The notes: a model not told the origin generated them from the letters alone. DNA of 64,000 nt from Faecalibacterium sp. (GCA_044426225.1 JAWXUQ010000001.1:46173-110172); one strand, 5' to 3'; positions 1-10,076 are shown, counted from the first letter of the stretch. Numbers and translations are program-made.

Positions 1-1260
1 GCAAGCGGCACCTATACCTTCAGTGGCACCTTTTCAGATACCACCATCACGGTAAACGTAGACAAAGACGCGGATGATGGCGTGGTCTACCTTGTGCTTG
101 ATGGTGTTAGCATGACGAGCGATAGCGGCACTCCGATTTATATTATCGAGGCAAAAGATGTTGTGATTGTACTGGCAGATGGCAGTGAGAATACCATTTA
201 CCAAGGTGCCGTCACCACCACAGAGGAGGATTTCCCTAGTGGCGCGATTTACACAAAGGCGGATACCGTTATCACGGGCAGTGGTAGTTTAAGCGTAAAC
301 ACGCTATATAATGATGCAATTAACGCGCGTGATGATTTGATTATCGATGGCGCAAGCATTATCATTGATGCGGTGAGTGATGGCATTGTCGCGCAAGACC
401 TACTTGCCATTCAAGAGGCAGACCTGCGCATTACCGCGGGCAAGGATGGACTAAAAACCACCAACACCGAGGACGAGGATAAGGGCGACTTAATCATCAC
501 AAGTGGTACCTATTCTATTGCAGCAGAGGGCGATGGCATCAGTGCAGAGCGCACTTTGCAAATTGATGGCGGCAGCTTTATCATTACATCGGGCGGCGGC
601 TATACAGGGGTGCTCAACACCATCACGGTGGGCGAGGGCTCTAGCCAGACGCAAGCGACTGATCTGCTAGAAACAAGCATGAAGGGTCTGAAAGCAAACG
701 ATATCCTCATCAATGGCGGTGGGATTGATATTTCCTCCTATGAGGATGGCATTAAGGCAGAGAATACCATTGTTATGAATGGTGGCACGGTTTATTTATT
801 GATTGGCGATGACGGCATGACCGCCGACAATGCCCTTACCATCAATGATGGTGTTATCACGATTGAATATGGCTATGAGGGGATTGAGGGCGATTATCTA
901 AGCATCCATGGCGGCGAAATTAGCGTCACAGTGCTAGATGATGGCATCAATGCGGGCAGTAGCGCAGGGCTAATCTATATCACAGGTGGCAATATCTTTA
1001 TTGCGAGCCAAGGCGATTGCATCGATTCTAATGGCGATTTGACCATTGAAGGCGGCGAAATTGTCTTTGATAGCAATGCAATTTACACCGGCGGCGATGG
1101 CGAAATCGACGTCAGTGGCACCACCACCATTACCGGCGGCACCCTTGTGGATACGAACGGCAATGAGGTCAGCGCCTCTAGCAGTGGCAGTGGTATGCAG
1201 AGCTTTTTTAGCACACCAAGCCGCCAGAGCACCCAGACGCAAAACAATCAGCGTAGATAA
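1..1260 (+). CDS. Secreted beta-helix-like carbohydrate-binding protein (Cthe_2159/PF14262-like); 5' end lies outside the window
   Basis: Frame 1 is open from nt 1 (ASGTYTFSGTFSDTTITVNVDKDADDG...) into ORF 82..1260. It carries many iterations of a 'DGIxA...LxIxGGxxxI' motif typical of parallel beta-helix proteins of this family, plus a Ser/Gln/Thr-rich tail. Confidence 0.6.
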   Translation, partial: ASGTYTFSGTFSDTTITVNVDKDADDGVVYLVLDGVSMTSDSGTPIYIIEAKDVVIVLADGSENTIYQGAVTTTEEDFPSGAIYTKADTVITGSGSLSVNTLYNDAINARDDLIIDGASIIIDAVSDGIVAQDLLAIQEADLRITAGKDGLKTTNTEDEDKGDLIITSGTYSIAAEGDGISAERTLQIDGGSFIITSGGGYTGVLNTITVGEGSSQTQATDLLETSMKGLKANDILINGGGIDISSYEDGIKAENTIVMNGGTVYLLIGDDGMTADNALTINDGVITIEYGYEGIEGDYLSIHGGEISVTVLDDGINAGSSAGLIYITGGNIFIASQGDCIDSNGDLTIEGGEIVFDSNAIYTGGDGEIDVSGTTTITGGTLVDTNGNEVSASSSGSGMQSFFSTPSRQSTQTQNNQRR

Positions 1261-1463
1261 GTAATACAAAAGAAAAAGGAGCTACTTTGTGGCTTCTTTT
1301 CCTTTTGTAACTGTTTTGTAATAACTTTGCGCGAAATCAAGGAAAAAGGGGCATGCTGATAGAAAAGAGCGGATTTTCTGTGCAAAACGTAAAAAACTTT
1401 TGATATATTTTGGTGTTTTTGTTGAAGTTCAGCCCCTAGAAAATGGGAAAAGGGGCGAAAAGT

Positions 1464-1492
1464 TTGACAAAAGCATACCCCTATGGTAAAAT
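1464..1492 (+). promoter_or_regulatory. Sigma-A-type promoter (TTGACA, 17 nt, extended -10 TGgTAAAAT)
   Basis: TTGACA at 1464-1469 and TAAAAT at 1487-1492 with a 17-nt spacer and a TG at -15/-14. It lies inside the 5' part of ORF 1443..2609, so the real start codon should be further downstream. Confidence 0.5.
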
Positions 1493-1553
1493 ACTCCGCA
1501 TGCCGAAGAGAACCTTTGTTTTAACGGCAAATTTACATTCCGAAAAGGAGGAA

Positions 1554-2609
1554 TTGCAGATTAGTTTTGTAAAATGGAAAGAGCATTTTATCCGTCGCAC
1601 CGCACACATGCCACCATTCGTTTTGGCATTTGGGGTTATGGCGATTTGCCTTGTGAGTACCCTTGCGATTATCACAGAGGCAACGCAGATTGTTTATGTG
1701 TCCGATTCTGAAGGTCAGGAAGAGACGTTTATTGTGCTAGAGGATGAGCCAGAGGTGCTCATGACCTTGACAAATATTACCGTAGAGGAAGGGGATAGTG
1801 TTTCAGTGGTGTCCTATCAGGATAATCACATGTCGATTAATATCCAACGCGCCTTTGCGGTGACGGTGCGAGCAGATGATGCGAACATCGAGGTATCCCT
1901 CATTCAGGGCACCGTAGCCGATGCCCTTGCGCTTGCTGAGGTAAGTCTTGGCGAGTACGATTACACCACACCGAGCTTAAACACCACTCTTTCACAGGGG
2001 GATGTGATTACGGTACACCGTGTGGAATATATCCAGACGGTGGAGTATGAGCCAATCCCCTATGAAACAGAGTATGTTTACACCAGTCTTTATTTCCGTT
2101 GGACCAGTAAGCAGACGACTGTGCAAGAGGGTAGCGATGGGCAAACTGACATCACCAGTACAGAGCGTTGGGTGGATGGCGCATTAGAATCTAGCCAGAT
2201 TTCTAGTGTAGTGGTATCCAAAGAGCCCACCACCGCAATTTATAAGGTGTATGGTGCAAAGGTACCAGTATCGTCCTTAACAGGGCCAGATGGCACCACC
2301 AATAAACCAAGTAGTTATACTACGGTCTATACAGGGCGCAGTACGGGTTATTATTCGAGCACGGGCAAAGGCTCTTCTGGCCTTGGGCTTGGCTATGGCA
2401 CCGTTGCCGTAGACCCGAACTTAATTCCGTATGGCACATTGCTGTATATTGAATCCACAGACGGTAAATTTGTCTATGGCTATGCCATTGCAACAGACAC
2501 CGGCACGGCGCTGATGAACGGCACCTGCCTTGTGGATTGCTTTTATGAAACCTATGCTGAATCTACCTATCACTGGGCACAAACTGTCAACGTGTATGTA
2601 GTCGGTTAA
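1554..2609 (+). CDS. YabE-like cell-wall protein (N-terminal TM, DUF348 repeat, G5 domain, C-terminal 3D/RlpA-like domain)
   Basis: The C-terminus (...GYGTVAVDPNLIPYGTLLYIESTDGKFVYGYAIATDTGTALMNG...VDCFY) is a 3D domain and the central VQEGSDGQTDITSTERWVDG... is G5-like. The start is uncertain: TTG 1554 sits just after AAAGGAGG (1544-1551), and alternatives are ATG 1608, 1500 or 1443. The stop at 2607-2609 is firm. Confidence 0.7.
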   Translation: MQISFVKWKEHFIRRTAHMPPFVLAFGVMAICLVSTLAIITEATQIVYVSDSEGQEETFIVLEDEPEVLMTLTNITVEEGDSVSVVSYQDNHMSINIQRAFAVTVRADDANIEVSLIQGTVADALALAEVSLGEYDYTTPSLNTTLSQGDVITVHRVEYIQTVEYEPIPYETEYVYTSLYFRWTSKQTTVQEGSDGQTDITSTERWVDGALESSQISSVVVSKEPTTAIYKVYGAKVPVSSLTGPDGTTNKPSSYTTVYTGRSTGYYSSTGKGSSGLGLGYGTVAVDPNLIPYGTLLYIESTDGKFVYGYAIATDTGTALMNGTCLVDCFYETYAESTYHWAQTVNVYVVG

Positions 2610-2660
2610 CAACAAAAAAACGCGCGTGCGATGAAAATCGTGTGCGCGTTTTTTGTTGTT
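2599..2660. terminator. Bidirectional rho-independent terminator, copy A of a duplicated module
   Basis: AACAACAAAAAAACGCGCGTGCGAT-GAAA-ATCGTGTGCGCGTTTTTTGTTGT: a 13-bp stem with an A-run upstream and a T-run downstream. It overlaps the stop codon of the 3D-domain gene. Confidence 0.8.
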
Positions 2661-2952
2661 ATGAAAAAGGGGTGTTGATATTAAAATTTTTGAATAAGAG
2701 AGAATGAGAGCGCAAATAAGAAATGATAAGAGAATTGCTTGTGCTTTGTGGCGGGCAGGTGTTGACGAAGCGAAAGGGATGCGGTATACTCATTTTCGCA
2801 GAAAGTGCGTCCTGTGCAACAATAAACTGCTTAGCAAATCCGCACCCTATGGTAAAACGTAAGAAACATGTGCGGAACGCTGTATGGTATGCAGATTGTC
2901 GCTCAAAACACTCATTTTTAAGCGACAATCTAAAGATAGAAAAGGGGAACGA

Positions 2953-5301
2953 ATGAAAAAACCAACCAAGATGAGCATTGTTTATTGGGGAAGTGTTGCG
3001 ATTTGTGTTTTACTATTGCATCTGTTTTTGGTGCGTATTTATGCACCCTATGACGCACTAGATGAGGTGTATTATCCCCAAACAGACCCTATCCCGTTTG
3101 CCGTTAGCACAGAGGATGGGGTGCTGTATATCAACCCGCAAAATTCGTTTTGTTTTTACAGCAATTTCCCCGCGGGGGATTATCAAGTTGAGATAAGCTA
3201 CCGCCTGCAAGACGAAAGCCTTGCGCAGGATGGTGTGCAGCTACATATCATCAACGCTTCGCAGTATGACGCAGCGGCAGAGGGGTACAAAACCCTAAAT
3301 ACTGTGACGCTTTCGCCCACCCAAACAAGCGCCTCGTTTGCAATTACGGTAGAGCAGTATAGCCATGATATCAAGATGTTGATTGACGATAACGCGGGCG
3401 ATAATTTCTTGATTGAAGAGGTGCACATTACCAGTAATACATATTTATATAATGACCGCTATGTGAAAGCAGTTTTTTATGATCTTTGCTTGCTCGGTTT
3501 TGCTTTTGGGTTGTTTTGTGTTTACAAAAAAACGCAGGATGATCGCAAAGAGCGCCTGCGAAAGGCGATTATTTATCTTGCCCTGTGTGGTGTGGTGCTA
3601 ATGTGTGCCTATCCTCTTATTTTTAATGACAGCATTTTCCTGACGGGGCATGATTATGAGTTCCATTATGTGCGGGTGCAAAGCATTGCACAAGGTTTGC
3701 TAGATGGGCAGTTCCCTGTGCGCATTCATATCACAGCAAATCGCGGGTATGGTGGCATTGGTAGCTTGTTTTACCCAGAGTTGTTTCTCTATTTGCCGGC
3801 ATTGCTCGTCTGTTTAAACACTAACGTGCACACGGCTATCGTGCTATTTATGATTGCGCTGAACATTGCGGCGGCTTGGTTTAGTTATTGGGCGTTCTGT
3901 AATATTAGTAAAAACAGACTAGTGGCACTTGCAACAACGGCAATCTATCTGCTTTCTAATTACCGTGCTTGCAATTATTATATCCGTTTTGCCATTGCGG
4001 AATATCTCTTTATGTCCTTTTTACCGTTGATGTTTTATGCCATTTATCATATTTTTTATGAGGATGGCAAGCGTTGGTGGTTATTGGTCATCGCGGCAAC
4101 CTGTGTATTGCAATCACACATTTTAGGAACTGTACTTACCGCGATTGCCTTTGGTTTGATGATTGTATGCTTGTTGGTGGCGCGTTGCATCAAAAAACAG
4201 CCTATCGCAAAACCTATGTTACAGCTTTGCAGCGCAGGTGTCTGGACGGTGCTACTGAATATTTGGTTTTTGTTCCCCTTTCTCACGAGCTATTTCTCAG
4301 GGCAGTTTGCAATGTTCGACGAAACGTATGAGTTCTATGAGAGATTTGCTGCAACTGACGTGTCAATTTTTAATGTGTTTCAGTGGATGCCCGTTTATCA
4401 GCCGAACGGCGTCAATTACAGTATAGGTGCTCCTATTTTGTTAGCCTTTTTTGCCGTGGTGGTGATGCTCGTTGCTAGCCTTGTACGTAAAAAGCCCCTT
4501 TCTGCCTGTGTTGTTGCCTGTGCAATCATTGGGGGCATAAGTCTTGTGTTGATGTGCGCTTCGGACCTTACGTTTTGGCTTGGGGAACACAGTAGTTTCT
4601 TTTTCTCTTTATTTGCTGCTCTGCAATTCCCGTTCCGATTTTTATCGATTTTAATCCCTGCTATCTGCTTTGCTTTTTTATTGATGGCATCCAAAATGGA
4701 ACATGTAAAATTGCAAGGTGTATTGTGTGTTGCTTTAATCCTTCTTGCAGGGTGGAATGCTTGTATCGTGTTGGAATCGGATTCAATTTTATATTATGAA
4801 GAAGATCCGCATCGCGTTGTTTATTCCTTGTATCCAGAGGAATATCGCCGTGTGGATTCCACCTATTGGCGACAGTGGGCGATCTATGAGGTAGAAATCT
4901 ATTATCCAGAGGATGAGGGTATCGTGGTATCCTCTTATGAACAAACTGGTACAAATGTAGTCCTAACGTATGAAAACCCCAGTGATAGTGCACATTATAT
5001 CGAGCCCTGTTTGTTCTTTTACAGTGGCTATCAAGCCATTGGTGCAGATGGTACCGCTTATAATTTGGTCATTGGTGACAATGGGCGGCTGCGGATTATC
5101 ATTCCTGCGAATAGCAGCGATGAAATTACGATTTCGTTCCACAAGCGTTCTATCTATCTGCTTGCTGAACTTATGACGCTTGGCATGGCAGTGCTCTTTT
5201 GCTTGTTGGTGCTGCCTACAAAATACAGGTTAAGATGGCAACCGCTTGTGCGCAAAATCTTGTGCCGCTTTGCAAAAAAAGAAAAGAAAAACGAAACTTA
5301 A
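2953..5301 (+). CDS. Large polytopic membrane protein, GT-C-like (putative glycan glycosyltransferase or polymerase), with an extracytoplasmic N-terminal domain
   Basis: ATG 2953 is preceded by AAAGGGGA. The layout is TM1, a soluble segment of about 170 aa, at least 12 predicted TM helices, then a soluble C-terminal domain of about 150 aa. The motif 'GHDYEFHYVRVQSIAQGLLDGQFPVRIH...FYPELFLYLPA' resembles GT-C/YfhO-type membrane glycosyltransferases. The family assignment comes from memory of that motif only. Confidence 0.45.
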   Translation: MKKPTKMSIVYWGSVAICVLLLHLFLVRIYAPYDALDEVYYPQTDPIPFAVSTEDGVLYINPQNSFCFYSNFPAGDYQVEISYRLQDESLAQDGVQLHIINASQYDAAAEGYKTLNTVTLSPTQTSASFAITVEQYSHDIKMLIDDNAGDNFLIEEVHITSNTYLYNDRYVKAVFYDLCLLGFAFGLFCVYKKTQDDRKERLRKAIIYLALCGVVLMCAYPLIFNDSIFLTGHDYEFHYVRVQSIAQGLLDGQFPVRIHITANRGYGGIGSLFYPELFLYLPALLVCLNTNVHTAIVLFMIALNIAAAWFSYWAFCNISKNRLVALATTAIYLLSNYRACNYYIRFAIAEYLFMSFLPLMFYAIYHIFYEDGKRWWLLVIAATCVLQSHILGTVLTAIAFGLMIVCLLVARCIKKQPIAKPMLQLCSAGVWTVLLNIWFLFPFLTSYFSGQFAMFDETYEFYERFAATDVSIFNVFQWMPVYQPNGVNYSIGAPILLAFFAVVVMLVASLVRKKPLSACVVACAIIGGISLVLMCASDLTFWLGEHSSFFFSLFAALQFPFRFLSILIPAICFAFLLMASKMEHVKLQGVLCVALILLAGWNACIVLESDSILYYEEDPHRVVYSLYPEEYRRVDSTYWRQWAIYEVEIYYPEDEGIVVSSYEQTGTNVVLTYENPSDSAHYIEPCLFFYSGYQAIGADGTAYNLVIGDNGRLRIIIPANSSDEITISFHKRSIYLLAELMTLGMAVLFCLLVLPTKYRLRWQPLVRKILCRFAKKEKKNET

Positions 5302-5371
5302 AAAAGAAGAGTGCTTCTGTCTGTTTGAAACAATATGTCAAATGTTGGGGTACAAATCAGTGCGGTGTAGC

Positions 5372-5432
5372 TAGTTAGCTAACAACAAAAAAACGCGTAT
5401 GCGATGAAAATCGTATGCGCGTTTTTTGTTGT
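5372..5432. terminator. Bidirectional rho-independent terminator, copy B of the duplicated module
   Basis: TAACAACAAAAAAACGCGTATGCGAT-GAAA-ATCGTATGCGCGTTTTTTGTTGT. It differs from copy A at 3 positions, all inside the stem, and pairing is preserved. Confidence 0.8.
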
Positions 5433-5553
5433 CCTGTGTTCAAATACGACTAACTTTGTTTTATATGGCTATTATTTTCCGCCCGGTTTGTGCAAAACGT
5501 TGAAAAGGTAAAAAATGTTTTACGATTTTCTATCATTTTTTACAGAAAAATGC

Positions 5554-5582
5554 TTGAAAAAGAGTTCGTTTTTCTTTAAAAT
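5554..5582 (+). promoter_or_regulatory. Sigma-A-type promoter of the glg operon (TTGAAA, 17 nt, TAAAAT)
   Basis: TTGAAA at 5554-5559 and TAAAAT at 5577-5582, about 65 nt upstream of the glgB start. Confidence 0.45.
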
Positions 5583-5646
5583 AGAGAGGTAAAACAAAAT
5601 CGGGAAAGTGATAAGCAAGAAACGCTTACAATGGAGGAAAATCTTT

Positions 5647-7638
5647 ATGAGCACAGAGATGGAAAAACCCCTTGCGCAGGATGCAGATTACCCTATGTAT
5701 TTGTATAAGCAGGGCAACAATTATGAGTCCTATCGTTTTTTTGGCGCGCACCTTACCGCACATGGCGGGCACGAGGGTGCCATATTTCGTGTCTGGGCGC
5801 CGAATGCTGTTAAAGTAAGCGTTGTTGGTGATTTTAACAATTGGGTGCCAAACAGTCACCCGATGGAGCAAATCGAAGGGCAGGGCGTTTGGGCGCTCTT
5901 TATCCCGGGTGTTGAGGAATTTGATACCTATAAATATTGTATCACCACGCAGGATGATCATTTGGTATTTAAGGCTGACCCCTATGCCACTCATGCCGAA
6001 ACCCGCCCCTCAAACGCAAGCAAGGTGTATGACATTGAGGGTTATGCATGGGATGACGAGGCATGGCAAACCTCACAGCAGCATAAAGATGTATTAAACG
6101 CACCCATGAACGTGTACGAGATGCATGCGGGCAGCTGGAAAACCAAAGTGGACGGGCTACCTTATAATTATAGCGAACTTGCCGATGTGCTTGTGCCTTA
6201 CCTGAGCGAGATGGGCTATACCCATGTTGAGATGATGCCCTTGACCGAATATCCGTATGATGGTAGCTGGGGCTATCAGGTGACGGGGTATTTCGCCCCG
6301 ACCAGTCGCTATGGCACCCCGAAGGACTTTATGGCATTTGTGGATAAGCTACATAACGCAGGCATTGGTGTAATTATGGACTGGGTGCCTGCGCATTTCC
6401 CGAAAGATGGGCATGGGTTATATCAGTTTGATGGCACTGCCTGCTATGAGGACCCCAACCCAAAACGCGGGGAACATAAGGAATGGGGCACCATGATTTT
6501 TGATTATGGCAAACCAGAAATCCAGAGCTTCTTAATCTCAAGCGCTTATTACTGGATTGAAAAATTTCATATCGATGGGCTGCGTGTTGATGCCGTGGCA
6601 TCTATGCTATATCTCGATTATAACCGCCGCGATGGCGAGTGGGAGGCAAACAGTGAGGGCGGCAACAAAAACTTTGAGGCAATCGCCTTTTTACGCAAGC
6701 TAAACGGCACCATTCTTGGCACTCACCCACATTGCTATATGATTGCAGAAGAGTCTACTGCGTGGCCAATGGTTACCCGCCCCGCGGAGGATGGTGGGCT
6801 TGGCTTTAATTTCAAGTGGAACATGGGTTGGATGAACGATATGCTCAGCTATATGAGCTGTGACCCGCTCTTCCGCAAGGGCAACCACAATAAGGTAACC
6901 TTTAGCTTCTTTTATGCCTTTAGTGAAAACTTCATGCTACCCATCAGCCACGATGAAGTGGTACATGGCAAGTGTAGTTTGATTAACAAAATGCCCGGCG
7001 GCTATGCCGAAAAATTTGCAAGCCTCAAAACCTTCTTTGGTTACATGATGGCGCATCCCGGCAAAAAGCTGCTCTTTATGGGGCAAGAGTTCGGGCAATT
7101 TATGGAATGGAGTGAAGAGCGTGAGCTAGATTGGCAGTTGCTCGGCTTTGAAAACCATCAACAGCTACAAGGCTATGTTAAGGCATTGAATGCTTTTTAT
7201 AAAAAGACCCCTGCTTTGTGGGAAATCGATTATGACTGGGAAGGTTTCCAGTGGATTGTGCCAGATGACTGTGCACAAAGCGTGATTGCCTTCCTGCGTC
7301 GCGACCGCGCGGGCAAGATGGTGCTTTGCGTCTGCAACTTTAATCCTGTGCAGCGCGAGGGCTATGCGATGGGTGTGCCAGTGAAGGGCACCTATAAAGA
7401 AATTTTGAATAGTGACGATGCAGCCTTTGGCGGCAGTGGCACAGTTCACAATACAAGTATCCGTACCAAAAAAACACCACTCCACGGATACGAAAACAGC
7501 ATTGAAATTACATTGCCTCCTATGAGCACCCTGTATTTTTCAGTGCCAACCCCAAAAGCAAAACAAGATCCCGGCGAATCTGTACAGAAAGAGGAGAAAA
7601 CCGAAAAGAAAAAAACAGGAAAAAAGAAAAAGAGCTAA
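5647..7638 (+). CDS. glgB: 1,4-alpha-glucan branching enzyme
   Basis: GH13 branching-enzyme motifs are present (HVEMMPLTEYPYDGSWGYQ, GVIMDWVPAHFP, GLRVDAVASMLY, MIAEEST, ISHDEVVHGK). GGAGG lies 9 nt upstream of ATG 5647. There is an unusual Lys-rich C-terminal tail. Confidence 0.95.
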   Translation: MSTEMEKPLAQDADYPMYLYKQGNNYESYRFFGAHLTAHGGHEGAIFRVWAPNAVKVSVVGDFNNWVPNSHPMEQIEGQGVWALFIPGVEEFDTYKYCITTQDDHLVFKADPYATHAETRPSNASKVYDIEGYAWDDEAWQTSQQHKDVLNAPMNVYEMHAGSWKTKVDGLPYNYSELADVLVPYLSEMGYTHVEMMPLTEYPYDGSWGYQVTGYFAPTSRYGTPKDFMAFVDKLHNAGIGVIMDWVPAHFPKDGHGLYQFDGTACYEDPNPKRGEHKEWGTMIFDYGKPEIQSFLISSAYYWIEKFHIDGLRVDAVASMLYLDYNRRDGEWEANSEGGNKNFEAIAFLRKLNGTILGTHPHCYMIAEESTAWPMVTRPAEDGGLGFNFKWNMGWMNDMLSYMSCDPLFRKGNHNKVTFSFFYAFSENFMLPISHDEVVHGKCSLINKMPGGYAEKFASLKTFFGYMMAHPGKKLLFMGQEFGQFMEWSEERELDWQLLGFENHQQLQGYVKALNAFYKKTPALWEIDYDWEGFQWIVPDDCAQSVIAFLRRDRAGKMVLCVCNFNPVQREGYAMGVPVKGTYKEILNSDDAAFGGSGTVHNTSIRTKKTPLHGYENSIEITLPPMSTLYFSVPTPKAKQDPGESVQKEEKTEKKKTGKKKKS

Positions 7639-7720
7639 GCAAATCCGAAACAAATCAGCAAAAAATACGTAAGGGGCGTTCTCTTGAAAGAAAGAGAACG
7701 TAAAAAAGAGGAGAATTTTT

Positions 7721-8911
7721 ATGGCAAAAGAAATGGTTGCAATGATTCTTGCCGGCGGTAGAGGCTCTCGCCTATATGCGCTGACACAAAAAACAGCAAA
7801 ACCTGCTGTTTCCTTTGGCGGTAAATACAGCATTATTGATTTCCCGCTATCAAACTGTGTAAACTCTAACATCGATACAGTTGGCATTGCCACACAGTAT
7901 CAACCCCAGAAACTAAACGATTATATCGGTAACGGTCAGCCATGGGATTTAGATGGCTTGTATGGCGGTGTACATATCCTGCCCCCTTACGAACAGGCAA
8001 ACGGTTCCTCTTGGTATAAGGGAACTGCCAATGCGATTTACCAAAACATTAGCTTTATTGATGCATATCATCCTGAGTATGTGATTATTCTTTCGGGCGA
8101 CCAAATCTGCAAGCAGGATTACGATGATTTCCTAAATTTCCACAAAGAAAAAGGCGCTGAATTCTCGGTTGCTGTTATGGAAGTGCCATGGGAAGAAGCA
8201 GGGCGCTTTGGCTTGATGGTCGCAGATGGCGATGATAAAATCACCGAATTCCAGGAAAAACCCAAAGAACCCAAATCGAACCTCGCTTCGATGGGTATCT
8301 ATATCTTTAACTGGGATGTCCTCAAAAAATACCTCGAAGATGATGAAGCAACCGAAGGTTCCACGAACGATTTCGGCAACGATATCATCCCAAGCCTATT
8401 GCGTGATGAGCGCAAGATGTATGCTTATCATTTTGCGGGCTATTGGCGTGATGTTGGTACCATTGATAGCCTATGGGCAGCAAACATGGAAGTGCTAGAC
8501 CCTGAGCATTCGGGCATTGACCTGTTTGATGAATCGTGGAAGATTTATAGCCGCAACCCTGTGATGCCTGCACAGAAAATTGGCCCTCGCGCAGTGGTAG
8601 AAGATGCACTGATTACCGAAGGCTGCAAAATCCGTGGTATCGTCAAACACTCGGTGCTTTCTGCTGGTGTTGTCGTAGAAGAAGGCGCAACCATAGAAGA
8701 TGCAGTAATCATGCAAGGCGCTGTGGTGAAGGCAGGTGCTGTGGTGCGCAATGCCATCATTGCAGAAAACGTAGTGGTTGGCGCAGGCGCACATGTGGGT
8801 GATGCGGGCAGTGTAGCACATGTTGGCACAGAGCTTACCATCGGCGCAGGCGCAACCGTAAAAGCGGGCGCGATTGTATATGAATCGGTGAAGGAGGGCG
8901 AAGAAGTATGA
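7721..8911 (+). CDS. glgC: Glucose-1-phosphate adenylyltransferase
   Basis: N-terminal MILAGGRGSRLYALTQKTAKPAVSFGGKYSIIDFPLSNC, followed by a C-terminal left-handed beta-helix repeat. It sits in a glgBCDA operon. Confidence 0.95.
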   Translation: MAKEMVAMILAGGRGSRLYALTQKTAKPAVSFGGKYSIIDFPLSNCVNSNIDTVGIATQYQPQKLNDYIGNGQPWDLDGLYGGVHILPPYEQANGSSWYKGTANAIYQNISFIDAYHPEYVIILSGDQICKQDYDDFLNFHKEKGAEFSVAVMEVPWEEAGRFGLMVADGDDKITEFQEKPKEPKSNLASMGIYIFNWDVLKKYLEDDEATEGSTNDFGNDIIPSLLRDERKMYAYHFAGYWRDVGTIDSLWAANMEVLDPEHSGIDLFDESWKIYSRNPVMPAQKIGPRAVVEDALITEGCKIRGIVKHSVLSAGVVVEEGATIEDAVIMQGAVVKAGAVVRNAIIAENVVVGAGAHVGDAGSVAHVGTELTIGAGATVKAGAIVYESVKEGEEV

Positions 8912-10038
8912 TTAGTCAAAACATGAATGCGTTGGGCATTGTTTTCCCCAACAGCTATGATAGCACCGTGCCTCAGCTTGTTGCAGAGCGTTTGATGGCT
9001 TCTATTCCTTTTGCAGGGCGCTACCGTATGATCGATTTTACCCTTTCGAGCATGTCTAACTGTGGTATCAACAATGTTTCGGTTGTTGTACGCAAAAACT
9101 ATTACTCGCTGATGGATCACCTTGGCGCGGGTCGTGAATGGGATTTAACCCGTCGCCGTGGCGGTTTGAACATTCTGCCTCCTTTCTCAGAGAAAAACGT
9201 CAAGCTGTACAATGGCCGCGTAGAGGCATTGGCATCGCTCTTACCTTTCCTTACCCGCCAAAAAGAAAAATATGCCATTTTAAGCGATAGCAATCTGGCA
9301 ATGAACTTTGACTATAACAAGCTCATTGCAGAGCATCAGCGCACTGGCGCAGATGTCACCCTTGCTTATCAGGTAACAGAAGTACCAAGCGGTTTAAAGA
9401 GCGATAACTACTACACCATCACCTGTGATGGCGAAGGTCGCGTGACTGATTTGTTGATGAACGAAGAAAACATTGGGCAGAAAAACCTCTGCATGAATAT
9501 CTATGTCATCGAGCGCGAAAAGCTCATTCAACTCGTCAAAGATGCAACGGTGCGCGGCATGGTTTACTTTGAGCGCGATATCCTTGCGCACAACCTTACA
9601 ACAATGAACATTCGCGGCATGCAGTACAATGGCTATGTGGCACGTATCTGTGATATGAAAACCTATTTCGATGAAAACCTAAAACTCATCGAGGAGGAAA
9701 ACCTAGACGCGCTCTTCCCACGCACTAGCCCTGTTTACACCAAAATCCGTGATGATAACCCCACCCGTTATGCGCATTCTTCCCATGTAGAAAGCTCGCT
9801 GATTGCGGATGGCTGCTGCATTAAGGGTCGCGTAGAAAATTGCGTGCTCTTCCGTGGTGTTACCGTCAAAAAGGGCGCAACAGTACGCAACTGTGTATTG
9901 ATGCAGGATACTGTGGTAGAAGAAAATGTAAATCTTGAATGTGTTGTAGCGGATAAAAACGTTACCTTTACCGCGAATAAGCAACTGTTTGGCACCGAAA
10001 GTTTCCCTATTTTCGTAGGCAAACGCCACACTGTTTAA
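8908..10038 (+). CDS. glgD: Glucose-1-phosphate adenylyltransferase regulatory subunit GlgD
   Basis: A GlgC paralog lacking the GGxGxR loop (GIVFPNSYDS...PFAGRYRMIDFTLSSMSN). Its start overlaps the glgC stop as ATGA. The position is typical of Firmicutes glgCD. Confidence 0.9.
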   Translation: MISQNMNALGIVFPNSYDSTVPQLVAERLMASIPFAGRYRMIDFTLSSMSNCGINNVSVVVRKNYYSLMDHLGAGREWDLTRRRGGLNILPPFSEKNVKLYNGRVEALASLLPFLTRQKEKYAILSDSNLAMNFDYNKLIAEHQRTGADVTLAYQVTEVPSGLKSDNYYTITCDGEGRVTDLLMNEENIGQKNLCMNIYVIEREKLIQLVKDATVRGMVYFERDILAHNLTTMNIRGMQYNGYVARICDMKTYFDENLKLIEEENLDALFPRTSPVYTKIRDDNPTRYAHSSHVESSLIADGCCIKGRVENCVLFRGVTVKKGATVRNCVLMQDTVVEENVNLECVVADKNVTFTANKQLFGTESFPIFVGKRHTV

Positions 10039-10076
10039 GGCGGCAGCGCTCCTTGTGAGCAGAAAGGGAGGTTGTG

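Noticed and set aside
8545-9120. A 191-aa ORF antisense to glgC/glgD. Similar long antisense ORFs occur at 32069-32617, 38827-39501, 40847-41467, 41760-42356, 51971-52480, 52952-53419, 53247-53660, 49840-50286 and 29698-30522.
   Set aside because: Each lies fully opposite a CDS with strong family motifs. They have biased low-complexity composition (Ala/Ser/Thr/Arg-rich), no RBS and no recognisable domain. They are typical shadow ORFs of moderately GC-rich coding DNA.
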